Below are positions 54,357-63,814 of a DNA stretch of 64,000 nucleotides, one piece after another. Made by a program: the position numbers and the translations under genes. The first letter of the stretch is position 1; every line of letters begins with the position of its first letter. The notes below the pieces were generated by a model that saw only the letters and a program-made list of their open reading frames with translations, searched no databases and was not told the DNA's origin. Source of the DNA: an uncultured Rhodobiaceae bacterium (GTDB lineage Bacteria > Pseudomonadota > Alphaproteobacteria > Rhizobiales > TMED25); NCBI GenBank assembly GCA_913045225.1, contig CAJWPC010000001.1, forward strand, positions 15,128-79,127, given 5' to 3'.

Positions 54357-54968
54357 CTAAAAAGGCAGCCACTTTGGATTTTCAGAGAATTTGATATATC
54401 CAACATTTGCACCCATTCTGAGACCGGCACCTGTTTTAATTGTCGCAATTGTAACGCCACCCCTGTTATAGACACTTCCTCCGAGGCCACCAACTACATA
54501 AGCTGTCCCATTTGTTCCAAGGAACCTCCTATGCACATCACTCATATTATCCATGTTGTAGATAAGAAACATAACTCGAGACCCATCGCCACCATAATCC
54601 ATTCCAATGCTTGGTCCTTGCCAATATATTTTCTCTTCCCCAAGATTTTTTGTAGTTATGGTCCCTTCGCCATATGTGAGCCCAGCTATGATAGCTCCGC
54701 TTGCTTCCTCGCCAATTATATAAGCGTCAGGCCGGCCAAACGCAGAAAATAACGTTTCAACAGCTGTACCCAGTCCTTCTGTCGCCGTACCAAAAAAATC
54801 GTGTCCTGCAAGAACAAGCTCACCAACTTTGAAACCATCAGAATTATCTGATGAATTTGGTTCATCATACCATTCAGCATTTGTATTAAATGAGGTGAAT
54901 GTAACAAAAATAATACCAAATAGTAAAACTAATATATTTTTTCTAATATTTCTCATTTCGCCACCCAT
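54357..54968 (-). CDS. DUF1134 / EipA-like periplasmic envelope protein
   Basis: Signal peptide; FFG, FG.P.AYI.GEE.SGA, GL.YGEG and YWQGPS.G.DYGGDG motifs. Near chpT. Alternative ATG at 54956. Confidence 0.85.
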   Translation of the reverse strand: MGGEMRNIRKNILVLLFGIIFVTFTSFNTNAEWYDEPNSSDNSDGFKVGELVLAGHDFFGTATEGLGTAVETLFSAFGRPDAYIIGEEASGAIIAGLTYGEGTITTKNLGEEKIYWQGPSIGMDYGGDGSRVMFLIYNMDNMSDVHRRFLGTNGTAYVVGGLGGSVYNRGGVTIATIKTGAGLRMGANVGYIKFSENPKWLPF

Positions 54969-55030
54969 GAATTTAGAACTTGTAATATTTTACAATAATC
55001 CGTCATAAGTAAAAGAAAAAAATTACAAAA

Positions 55031-55849
55031 TTATTTCAATAAGCACTCTTTTTGTCTTATATTTGCCAGCGACACAAACCCATCACTATTTAAGAAATTG
55101 GGTTTATTGTAATCAAATTCATTAAGATTAATATCAAAGAATGCCCCACCAGCACCTTCCAAAATTACTTGCCCTGCCGCCGTGTCCCATTCATAACATG
55201 GCTCAAGCCTGATATACAGATCTGCCAAACCTTCTGCCAACAAACCAAATTTGAGGGCTGAGCCACAGGGCTTTATTTGATTGATACTGTATTGGTTCAT
55301 AATATCTTGCATTTTTTTTGAAGGAATTGATCTACTATGCAGCATGACTTCGGTTTTCGCATGTTGTCTTGTTCTTATTTCAATAGCATCATTGTTATTT
55401 GATAATTTATAGGATTTTAAATTATTATAAGAGAAATATATATCATTGAATGCGGGTGCATTTATGATACCGACGACAGGTTTATTGTTCTCAACTAATG
55501 CAATATTTATTGTAAATTCACCGTTTTTCTTAATGAATTCGCGTGTCCCATCAATAGGATCAATCAAAAAAAAATAATCTGATTTGATTTTATTTTCTTC
55601 TTCAAAGTATTTTTCTTCTGAAATTAAATCTACACCGGGTTCAATCTTTGATATTTCGTGCAAAATTATATCTTCAGAAATCCTGTCTGCCTCAGTTACG
55701 GGTGATTTATCTTTTTTATAGTTTATTTCAAAATTTGTGTCGTATATCTTCATGATTTCCAATGCAGACTTTTTTGATATGTTTATGAGCTCGTGAGCCA
55801 GTTTTTTATGTAAACTTTGATTACTATTTTTCATAACATTGGGTAACAA
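55031..55849 (-). CDS. cysQ: 3'(2'),5'-bisphosphate nucleotidase
   Basis: K.DKSPVTEAD, ISEE, LIDPIDGTREF, EFTINIAL, GSALKF and EWDTAAG motifs, all intact. Confidence 0.95.
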   Translation of the reverse strand: MLPNVMKNSNQSLHKKLAHELINISKKSALEIMKIYDTNFEINYKKDKSPVTEADRISEDIILHEISKIEPGVDLISEEKYFEEENKIKSDYFFLIDPIDGTREFIKKNGEFTINIALVENNKPVVGIINAPAFNDIYFSYNNLKSYKLSNNNDAIEIRTRQHAKTEVMLHSRSIPSKKMQDIMNQYSINQIKPCGSALKFGLLAEGLADLYIRLEPCYEWDTAAGQVILEGAGGAFFDINLNEFDYNKPNFLNSDGFVSLANIRQKECLLK

Positions 55850-55937
55850 TTAATTTTTTATACTAATATTTTAATAGACTATGTATAATCTCAATATTAA
55901 TTAACTATGTATATTTGCATATAGATTCAATTTAAAA

Positions 55938-56567
55938 ATGTCAAATTTAGACTTATTTTCACTGCTCAGTAGAAAGATCTTTCATGATCTCATAAATCCT
56001 GCATCAGCAGCTTTAAATGGAATGGAATTACTTAAGTATAATTTAGCTAACACGGATGCTCAAGCACTTGAGGATGAGACTTTCCAACTTCTTGATATGA
56101 GTATTAAGAAAATAACAGCTCAGATTACATTCTTTCGTTTTTGCTATTCAGATCCAACAAGTGCAAAAAATGAGAATGTATCAATTAATTTCATTAATAA
56201 TATAATTAATGATTATGTTAGTTTTACAAGGCTCAAAATTACATATATTAACGATCTTGAACGCTTGGATAAAAAGCATGCAATACTGCTCACCAATACC
56301 ATAATGGTTCTTCAGAGTCTATTTCCTCAGGGTGCCAATATAAATTGTGAATTAATTGATGTAAATACTCTCACAATTCGAGCCAACAATCCAACTGGGA
56401 AGATAAACGCTGAGACATTGGGAGATTTTCAGAGTCGAAGTTCGGATAAGATAAAAAATATTCAAGTCAGATACCTAAATGAATTAGCTGGCATTTATCG
56501 GATAAAATATGAAGTAATTTCTGGCGATGACAACGAGACTTTAATTAAATTTTGCAATGCAAATTAG
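55938..56567 (+). CDS. chpT: Histidine phosphotransferase ChpT
   Basis: [14 protein letters not shown]...NGMELL (phospho-His) and +.FFRF motif. Convergent with ctrA. Confidence 0.85.
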   Translation: MSNLDLFSLLSRKIFHDLINPASAALNGMELLKYNLANTDAQALEDETFQLLDMSIKKITAQITFFRFCYSDPTSAKNENVSINFINNIINDYVSFTRLKITYINDLERLDKKHAILLTNTIMVLQSLFPQGANINCELIDVNTLTIRANNPTGKINAETLGDFQSRSSDKIKNIQVRYLNELAGIYRIKYEVISGDDNETLIKFCNAN

Positions 56568-57259
56568 GCTGACTCGAGCAGCTCAGTAGGATCCCGCAAA
56601 ACATAACCTCGACCCCATACTGTCTCTATATAATTTTCATCGTCCGATGCTTGCATGAGTTTTTTTCTGAGCTTGCATATGAACACATCGATTATCTTCA
56701 ATTCTGGCTCATCCATGCCCCCATAGAGGTGATTCAAAAACATTTCTTTTGTTAGGGTGGTCCCCTTTCGAAGTGATAATAGTTCAAGCATCTGATATTC
56801 TTTTCCTGTGAGATGAACTCTTTTTCCACTAACTTCGACTGTTTTTGAGTCGAGGTTAACATCTAATCGCCCAGTTGAAATTATCGATTGAGCATGACCA
56901 CGAGAGCGTCGAATAATTGCGCTAATTCTTGCAACTAACTCCTCTTTTTGAAATGGCTTTGTGAGATAATCGTCAGCGCCAAAACCGAAACCTTTAACTT
57001 TACTTTCCATAGCACTGTGTCCAGTTAAGATAAGAACAGGAGTCTCTATCTTTTGCGTTCTCAGGTTTTTTAAAACGTCATAGCCACTCATATCAGGAAG
57101 ATCTATATCTAACAAGATTAAATCGTAATCATATAACTTACCAAGATCTATACCTTCTTCCCCTAAATCAGTTACATCAACTTTAAAATTTTCTGATTTA
57201 AGCATCAGTTCAATACTGTGTGATGTAGTCTGATCATCCTCTATTAGAAGTATTCTCAT
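56564..57259 (-). CDS. ctrA: Cell-cycle response regulator CtrA
   Basis: [48 protein letters not shown] and [10 protein letters not shown] motifs. Confidence 0.98.
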   Translation of the reverse strand: MRILLIEDDQTTSHSIELMLKSENFKVDVTDLGEEGIDLGKLYDYDLILLDIDLPDMSGYDVLKNLRTQKIETPVLILTGHSAMESKVKGFGFGADDYLTKPFQKEELVARISAIIRRSRGHAQSIISTGRLDVNLDSKTVEVSGKRVHLTGKEYQMLELLSLRKGTTLTKEMFLNHLYGGMDEPELKIIDVFICKLRKKLMQASDDENYIETVWGRGYVLRDPTELLESA

Positions 57260-57517
57260 GTTAATCTCACTAATTTATTTGCAAATAATAAAAACGAATC
57301 ACTTTAGTAATTCACACTATAAGGTTATCTTTTATAGAAATGCTATCAAGAATTTTGTGCAATTTTTACTAAAAACACTCAGATATAAACAAAAAAATTA
57401 GATAAATTCTATCTTAAGTGGTTGAAAAAAATAGAAATTAGAAGTCATTCTAATAGTTATTGTCATTATCAATAATAAATACTATATACATAAATATAGT
57501 AACAACTGAGTATGTAG

Positions 57518-58003
57518 ATGCCAACCTTTGATATAGTCTCCAAATTTGATCCATCGGAAGTTGATAACGCAATACAGAATTTAAAGCGTGAGATCAGCCA
57601 ACGTTATGATTTCAAGAACTCAAATTCACAAATTGAATTTGAGAAAGATCTAATAACTATAATAACTGATGATGATTATAAGCTTACCCAATTACAGGAG
57701 ATGCTGAAAGTTCAAATTACAAAAAGAGGAATTGATGCAAAAGCATTAAGCATGGGAAAAGTTGAGATCTCTGCTGGGCAGTCTGTCCGGCAATCTATTT
57801 CAATGATACAGGGTATAAACAGAGAGATTTCAAAAGATATAATTAAAATTATTAAAGACTCAAAAATTAAGGTTCAAGTCTCAATACAAGGAGATGAATT
57901 GAGGGTGAGTGGAAAAAAAAGAGATGATCTTCAACAAACAATAACCTTATTAAAAACACAGAACTTCGATTTGCCTCTGCAGTTTATTAATTTCCGTGAT
58001 TAA
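57518..58003 (+). CDS. yajQ: YajQ family nucleotide-binding protein
   Basis: MPTFDIVS, RYDFK, IQGDELRVSGKKRDDLQ and QFINFRD motifs. Confidence 0.95.
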   Translation: MPTFDIVSKFDPSEVDNAIQNLKREISQRYDFKNSNSQIEFEKDLITIITDDDYKLTQLQEMLKVQITKRGIDAKALSMGKVEISAGQSVRQSISMIQGINREISKDIIKIIKDSKIKVQVSIQGDELRVSGKKRDDLQQTITLLKTQNFDLPLQFINFRD

Positions 58004-58024
58004 CCAAAAAGAAATAGTGAAGCT

Positions 58025-59170
58025 TTGGATAATAAAGATATAAAATTATTTAATATAAAAAAAACAAAAAGGGTCGTTGTGGCCATGTCAGGTGGTGTTG
58101 ACTCCTCCGTTGCTGCTGCCGTTTGTGCGAGGCAGGGCTATGATGTAGTTGGGGTAACTTTACAATTATACACTAGCGATAATGTATCTCGAAAAAAAGG
58201 ATCGTGTTGCGCCGGGCAAGATATTTACGATGCAAAAAAAGTAGCAGAAAAAGTTGGTATCAAACATTATGTGCTTGATTATGAAGAACAATTTAAGTCC
58301 GAGGTAATAGATGATTTTGCTGAGTCGTATGCAAATGGACAAACGCCTATCCCTTGTGTTCGTTGCAACGAAAAAATAAAATTTGGTGATTTGTATGAAA
58401 CAGCAAGGCAACTAGGAGCATCAAGTTTGATTACTGGGCATTATGTATCTAATAAATTAATTAACGGGGAAAGAGGTTTATTTAGAGCGAGGGATGTTAA
58501 TAAAGATCAAAGCTATTTCATGTTCACGCTAAAAAAGGCGCAGCTCGAATATATCAAATTTCCTCTTGGCGACCTTAATAAATCTGAAACCCGGAAGATT
58601 GCAAAAGAACTTGATTTAGTCACCTCTGATAAACCAGAAAGTCAAGATATCTGCTTTGTGCAGAGCGGTAACTATGTAAATTTAATTAATACACTAAAGC
58701 CAAAATCGAATATAAAAGGTAATCTGATTGATACGACTGGGAATATTGTTGGCGAGCATGCTGGAATTATGAATTTCACAATAGGACAAAGACGAGGCAT
58801 TGGGTATATAAATGGCGAGCCAAATTATGTAATAGATATTGATCACGAGAGAAATAATGTCACAATTGGACCAAAAGAGGCTCTTGCAATAAATCAAATT
58901 GCCCTAAAAAACTTAAATTGGCTGGGGCCTGAAAAAGGTATGGATGACGAGAAAGAGTTACCAGTCTACGTTAAAATTAGGTCAACATCTGAACCAGTGC
59001 CTGCAATTATCATTAAAAATGCAGATAATGCCAAAGTATTATTCAAAAATCCCGAATATGGTGTTGCGCCAGGGCAAGCATGTGTCATTTATGAATCTCA
59101 TAAAAACATGGCAAGGGTGCTCGGAGGGGGATGGATAATCAAGGATAAGACTCAAAATTTAAATTCATAA
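58025..59170 (+). CDS. mnmA: tRNA 2-thiouridine(34) synthase
   Basis: AMSGGVDSSV, PCVRCN, TGHY, KDQSYF, ESQDICF and PGQA motifs. TTG start. Confidence 0.98.
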   Translation: MDNKDIKLFNIKKTKRVVVAMSGGVDSSVAAAVCARQGYDVVGVTLQLYTSDNVSRKKGSCCAGQDIYDAKKVAEKVGIKHYVLDYEEQFKSEVIDDFAESYANGQTPIPCVRCNEKIKFGDLYETARQLGASSLITGHYVSNKLINGERGLFRARDVNKDQSYFMFTLKKAQLEYIKFPLGDLNKSETRKIAKELDLVTSDKPESQDICFVQSGNYVNLINTLKPKSNIKGNLIDTTGNIVGEHAGIMNFTIGQRRGIGYINGEPNYVIDIDHERNNVTIGPKEALAINQIALKNLNWLGPEKGMDDEKELPVYVKIRSTSEPVPAIIIKNADNAKVLFKNPEYGVAPGQACVIYESHKNMARVLGGGWIIKDKTQNLNS

Positions 59171-59228
59171 ATTTATATACAATCACACTGTAATGAAGTA
59201 TTAATTTAGAAGATTTTCTAACTGTGAT

Positions 59229-59305
59229 GGCGGAGTAGCTCAGTTGGTTAGAGCAGAGGAATCATAATCCTTGTGTCGGGGGTTCAAGTCCCTCCTCCGC
59301 TACCA
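59229..59305 (+). tRNA. tRNA-Met (CAT), elongator type
   Basis: 77-nt cloverleaf: acceptor GGCGGAG/CTCCGCT, D arm GCTC/GAGC, anticodon stem GAGGA/TCCTT with loop ATCATAA, T loop GTTCAAG, encoded ACCA. Confidence 0.95.
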
Positions 59306-59323
59306 AATTAATTATTTAAGTGA

Positions 59324-60526
59324 ATGTATTCAATACTAAAAGATTTACGTGGAATAGAAAACGTTAAACCTTTATCCATTGTTAGTGCTGGACATGGTGT
59401 CACGCACTGGGTAAATGGAATATTCATTGTCTTACTACCATTTATTGCGCAAGACCTATCACTTTCATATACAACCACTGGCAGCATGGTGACCATTTTT
59501 TTTATTGCAGCGGTTGCTGTAACAATCATAAGTGGTCCTGTTATCGATATCTCAAAAAAATATATACTAGCGCAATTCTTATGTTTGATATCAGGAGCAT
59601 TGGCGCTTTTATTAATGAGCGGTGCCACAAGTACCTTGATTCTGGCAACAGCAGCAGTTTTCATTGGTATCTGTGTTAGTGGGTGGCATACGCCCTCAAT
59701 ACCATATTTATCCCTTTTGTATAATAAAAATAGAGGCTTAGCCCTATCACTACACACTGTCGGTGCAAGTCTTGGAGATGGGATTGCGCCACCAATAGCA
59801 GGGCTAATTATGCTGGTCCTGTCGTGGCAACAAACTTCGCTCTTATTGGCTCTACCGGTTGCCATCATGGGCTTTTATGTTTTGAGGTCACTGCCTCAAA
59901 TAGGAGCTGATCAGGATACAGAAGATAATTCTTCTGGCAAATATAACTACTGGGAAGGGCTTAAAGGTCTCTTATCAAACAGAGACATGCTTATATTATG
60001 TATACTTGCTGGGTTGTGGTCAATGACACAAAATGGCCTTGTTGTTTTTCTGCCTTTATATTTGGTTGGTGAAATGCAATCAAGCCCTGTACTAGTTGGA
60101 TTCGCATTGTTTTCCATACAACTAGGCGCTGTTTTTGGAGGACCAATAGTCGGTACTTTATCTGATCGTGTGGGCAGAAGACCTGTGGTTATATACTCGC
60201 TAATAATTTCTGCAATAGTATTAATAATCATACCTCTGCTTGAAAATATTTATTTATTTATACTGATGTCCTCCCTTGCGGGTTGTTCGCTCTATTCAAT
60301 ACGGCCAGTTATTCATAGCTGGACCATGGATATATCAGCAGGTCAAACCTCTGGTAGTGCGATTAGTATGTTATTTACTGCACAGGCAGCCCTGACTGGC
60401 TTGATACCAATAATTGGAGGTTTAACTGCAGATATATTTGGGTTAAAATTGGTTTTTGTATTATTAACGCTAACAAGTATCTTAGCATTGTTTTTGTCAT
60501 TTCTAATGCCAAAGAGAGCAATTTGA
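59324..60526 (+). CDS. MFS transporter (paralogue 1)
   Basis: About 12 TMs, G.LSDRVGRR motif A, N-terminal AGHGVTHW. Confidence 0.9.
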   Translation: MYSILKDLRGIENVKPLSIVSAGHGVTHWVNGIFIVLLPFIAQDLSLSYTTTGSMVTIFFIAAVAVTIISGPVIDISKKYILAQFLCLISGALALLLMSGATSTLILATAAVFIGICVSGWHTPSIPYLSLLYNKNRGLALSLHTVGASLGDGIAPPIAGLIMLVLSWQQTSLLLALPVAIMGFYVLRSLPQIGADQDTEDNSSGKYNYWEGLKGLLSNRDMLILCILAGLWSMTQNGLVVFLPLYLVGEMQSSPVLVGFALFSIQLGAVFGGPIVGTLSDRVGRRPVVIYSLIISAIVLIIIPLLENIYLFILMSSLAGCSLYSIRPVIHSWTMDISAGQTSGSAISMLFTAQAALTGLIPIIGGLTADIFGLKLVFVLLTLTSILALFLSFLMPKRAI

Positions 60527-60538
60527 GTTTAAATAATT

Positions 60539-61306
60539 ATGATCAACGAAACCAAAAATAAATTAGCAAATAATGAGCTTACACTTGGGGTTGGAATTGT
60601 GCAGTCTAGAGTTGTTGAAGTTGTACCATTAATGAAAACAGCAGGTTTTGACTGGCTTTTTCTTGATCTGGAGCATGGCGCATTAACTACTGACACAGTT
60701 TCGCAAATGTCTGCAATGGCGCTTAAGACAGGTTTGACTCCAATTGTCAGAATACCAATTAATGGATACACAATGGTCTCGAGAATACTTGATAACGGTG
60801 CGATGGGTATTGTATTGCCGCATGTCGAAACACCAGAAGAGGCAGCGAAATTAGTTGACATTGCAAAATTTCAACCAGAAGGATCACGTGGTGTCGGTGG
60901 AGGTATCGTTCAATATGATTATCGTAGCGTTGATCTATTAGAAGCAACCAAAGAGTTAAACTCAGAAACAATGCTCATTGCTATGGTTGAAACCCCAGCC
61001 GCAATTGAGTCAATTGATGAGATAGCATCCGTTGATGGGATTGATGTTATAATGATTGGCACAAATGACCTTGCAATGGCGAGTGGTTGTCCGCAGGATT
61101 TTGGAAATCCAAAAATAGAAAAATTTTATGAAAAAACTGCATTAGCGTGTAAAAAATATAACAAATGGCTTGGTTCTGGAGGCGTAAAAGACGAAAAAGC
61201 AGCAAAGAATTATATAGAAATGGGAGCTAATTTCTTTCTAGCGGGACAGGATATTGGTTTCTTACTCTCCGCTTCAAAAGATAGAGTTGACCGACTCAAA
61301 AGTTAA
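60539..61306 (+). CDS. HpcH/HpaI class II pyruvate-dependent aldolase family protein
   Basis: FDWLFLDLEHG, PIVRIP, LDNGAMGIVLPHV, MVET and IGTNDL motifs. Confidence 0.92.
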   Translation: MINETKNKLANNELTLGVGIVQSRVVEVVPLMKTAGFDWLFLDLEHGALTTDTVSQMSAMALKTGLTPIVRIPINGYTMVSRILDNGAMGIVLPHVETPEEAAKLVDIAKFQPEGSRGVGGGIVQYDYRSVDLLEATKELNSETMLIAMVETPAAIESIDEIASVDGIDVIMIGTNDLAMASGCPQDFGNPKIEKFYEKTALACKKYNKWLGSGGVKDEKAAKNYIEMGANFFLAGQDIGFLLSASKDRVDRLKS

Positions 61307-61310
61307 AATA

Positions 61311-62540
61311 ATGGATATTGTAAAAAATATTTTAAAGCCACAAATGCCATCAATTCTAGTCGCGGCTGGCCACGGTGGGACACATTGGGTTAATGCAGCA
61401 ATATATATTCTGTTACCTTATATTATTTTAGATCTTGGTCTCAGCTATACTCAGGCAGGTTTAATTATGACTGTGTTTCACTTCTCTACTTTTTTTGCAA
61501 ACGCAATAAGTGGACCATTAGTGGATTTACGTGGGAAGGAAAAATATTCAAATTTCCAAGCATATTCACTCTTAATAGGTGGAATAGCAATGGTGCTTAT
61601 GAGTATATCTTCAACGATATATTCACTATTTATTAGCGTCGCTATGATAGGAGTTTGTATTAGTCTGTGGCATCCTGCGGCTATTACGTATTTATCTGTA
61701 AATTATCCAGAAAATAGAGGTTTTGTATTATCAATTCATAGTATTGGCGCAAGCTTGGGTGATGCATTATCGCCGCTTCTTGCGGCATTTTTTCTCACAT
61801 ATGTAACAATTAATGGAAGTAATTTATCTTGGAACACAACCTCAATACTCTTATCTTTGCCGCTTTTTATATTAGTGCTGATAATTATTTTCTTTTTGAA
61901 AGATAAGAAAAATAGTAATCAAGGAATCACGAGCGAGAAAGATGATAATTACTTTGCGGACTTGAAGCTTTTACTCGTGAATATTCAATTAGTCCCATTA
62001 TTTCTAGTTGCAGGGGTAAGGACAGTCACACAAAATGGTGTACTTATTTTTATGCCCCTATATCTTGTTGCAAATGAAGGCGCCAGTGCAGCGGTTATTG
62101 GAGCGTCGTTGTTCTCAATGCAAATGGGTGGCTTAATTTCAGGACCCATCGCTGGCTATTTATCGGATAAGCATGGAAGAAAAATTATTGCGATCTCCTC
62201 TCTCCTAGTTTCAGGAGTTTTGGTACCATTTTATCCACTAATTAGTAGCAATATATTAATTATATTATTATCAGCAGTAATTGGTTTTGCGATTTATGCC
62301 GGGCGGCCAGTTGTCCAAGGTTGGGCACTTGATATTGCACCTTCCAAAACATCTGGTAGTGTTATAAGTCTTTTATTCATGATGCAAGTTGGTTCGGCGG
62401 CACTTTTTGCAATGATTGCAGGTATTATTGCGGATAGGTATGGTTTAGCAATAATTTTTATTATCTTATCTGCAGTATGCATCATTACCTTGGTAATTGC
62501 CTCTCTTATACCAGCATCAAAAACAATTAAAATTAGCTAA
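61311..62540 (+). CDS. MFS transporter (paralogue 2)
   Basis: About 12 TMs, GYLSDKHGRK, N-terminal AGHGGTHW. ATG 61311 lies 4 nt after the aldolase stop. Confidence 0.9.
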   Translation: MDIVKNILKPQMPSILVAAGHGGTHWVNAAIYILLPYIILDLGLSYTQAGLIMTVFHFSTFFANAISGPLVDLRGKEKYSNFQAYSLLIGGIAMVLMSISSTIYSLFISVAMIGVCISLWHPAAITYLSVNYPENRGFVLSIHSIGASLGDALSPLLAAFFLTYVTINGSNLSWNTTSILLSLPLFILVLIIIFFLKDKKNSNQGITSEKDDNYFADLKLLLVNIQLVPLFLVAGVRTVTQNGVLIFMPLYLVANEGASAAVIGASLFSMQMGGLISGPIAGYLSDKHGRKIIAISSLLVSGVLVPFYPLISSNILIILLSAVIGFAIYAGRPVVQGWALDIAPSKTSGSVISLLFMMQVGSAALFAMIAGIIADRYGLAIIFIILSAVCIITLVIASLIPASKTIKIS

Positions 62541-62543
62541 TAC

Positions 62544-62960
62544 TTATATATTACGCGTATCTAAATCAACAATTTCAATCTTATAGCCGTCAGGATCCTC
62601 GATAAAAGCTATATGGGTTGTGCCATGTTTTACTGGGCCTGGTTTTCGTGGTATTTTGACTCCTGCGGCCTCAAGCTTATCACAAATATCGTATATGCCT
62701 CTTACTCCTAGGGCAATATGCCCATATGCTGTTCCAATTTCATAGTCTTCATCCTGTTCCCAGTTATATGTTAACTCTAAAACAGCGTGCGTATCTTCAG
62801 GTCCGTAGCCAACAAACACATTAGTATATTTTGCTTCAGGGACTTCCCTTTTTCTGAGCAGTGTCATCCCCAAAAATTTAGTATAAAAATCTATTGATTT
62901 ATCTAAATCCCTGACTCTAAGCATCGTATGTAACATCTGGAATTCCGTACTATCAACCAT
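62544..62960 (-). CDS. gloA: Lactoylglutathione lyase (glyoxalase I)
   Basis: [28 protein letters not shown] and F+EDPDGYKIE motifs. GGAGG RBS. Confidence 0.96.
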   Translation of the reverse strand: MVDSTEFQMLHTMLRVRDLDKSIDFYTKFLGMTLLRKREVPEAKYTNVFVGYGPEDTHAVLELTYNWEQDEDYEIGTAYGHIALGVRGIYDICDKLEAAGVKIPRKPGPVKHGTTHIAFIEDPDGYKIEIVDLDTRNI

Positions 62961-63060
62961 TTAAACACCTCCAAAGAATTAAAAAATATTTTGATATCTT
63001 ACTATTAATACATTAGCATTAAAACACTAATCATTTTTTGGATATAATAAAAGGGAAATA

Positions 63061-63798
63061 GTGATGGATGATGCAATATGGGCAATTTGGTATGACTTAG
63101 AAGATAATAATGACCAAGAATACTTCGATTGGATGCACAATGATTATCTTCCTTTCATTCAATCAAAAACAGGCTGCTTGTGGGCTGCACATTATAAAGC
63201 TGGAGCAAATGAAGGAACCGGAATGAAGGCTATAAGAGATAATTTACCGAGAGCAAATGACGATATTGGCCAAGGATCTCAATATATACAGCTGATTGGT
63301 GCTGCATCTATTGCTACACTTACAGGAAATGAAAAGTTTGTAAATAATAGAGGTATTTGTCAACAAGCCCAACTAAAAAAACGTAAAGATATGCGCGAAT
63401 GTTTATTTCAAGTTGTGTCAAGAGTCGACGGCCCTGAAACTAATCTAAAAACACCAGGAACAACACCAGGTCCCGTGATACAAATGGGAAGTTTTAGAAC
63501 AAAAACCATTGAAGATGAGTTTGATGTTTGTTCATGGTATACACAACACAGACTTCCTGCGATTGCAAGGCTATCTGGATGTATTGCTGCTAGGACAATG
63601 CTTTGTGCCGCAGGATGGGCCAAATTCTCAGTTTTATATGAGTTTACCTCTTTGGAAGATCGAAGAAAGAATTTTGAAGAAAAACATGAAGCTATGGGTT
63701 TAACTGATGATAAATGGACACACAAGATCCATAACTATACCGTTCATGCGCCAGGATCACCATCTGTGGCAGAGAGATTGTGGCCACCGGTTTCATAA
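63061..63798 (+). CDS. Hypothetical protein with two EthD/DUF4286-like dimeric alpha-beta barrel repeats
   Basis: Clear ORF with RBS (GTG 63061 or ATG 63064). Internal repeat W...[HY]LP.I....GC..A. The fold call is inferred from motif recall. Confidence 0.6.
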   Translation: MMDDAIWAIWYDLEDNNDQEYFDWMHNDYLPFIQSKTGCLWAAHYKAGANEGTGMKAIRDNLPRANDDIGQGSQYIQLIGAASIATLTGNEKFVNNRGICQQAQLKKRKDMRECLFQVVSRVDGPETNLKTPGTTPGPVIQMGSFRTKTIEDEFDVCSWYTQHRLPAIARLSGCIAARTMLCAAGWAKFSVLYEFTSLEDRRKNFEEKHEAMGLTDDKWTHKIHNYTVHAPGSPSVAERLWPPVS

Positions 63799-63814
63799 TT
63801 GGGAGCTCAGGTGA

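Noticed and set aside
54980-54995. Inverted repeat TTGTAA-tatt-TTACAA upstream of eipA
   Set aside because: Short and AT-rich, expected by chance; does not match the CtrA box.
59229-59305. tRNA(CAT) as tRNA-Ile2 (TilS substrate) or initiator tRNA
   Set aside because: It has G2-C71, C3-G70 and A73, and lacks both the C4-G69/C5-G68 pairs of Ile2 and the C1:A72 mismatch and GGG/CCC anticodon stem of fMet, so elongator Met is the best fit.
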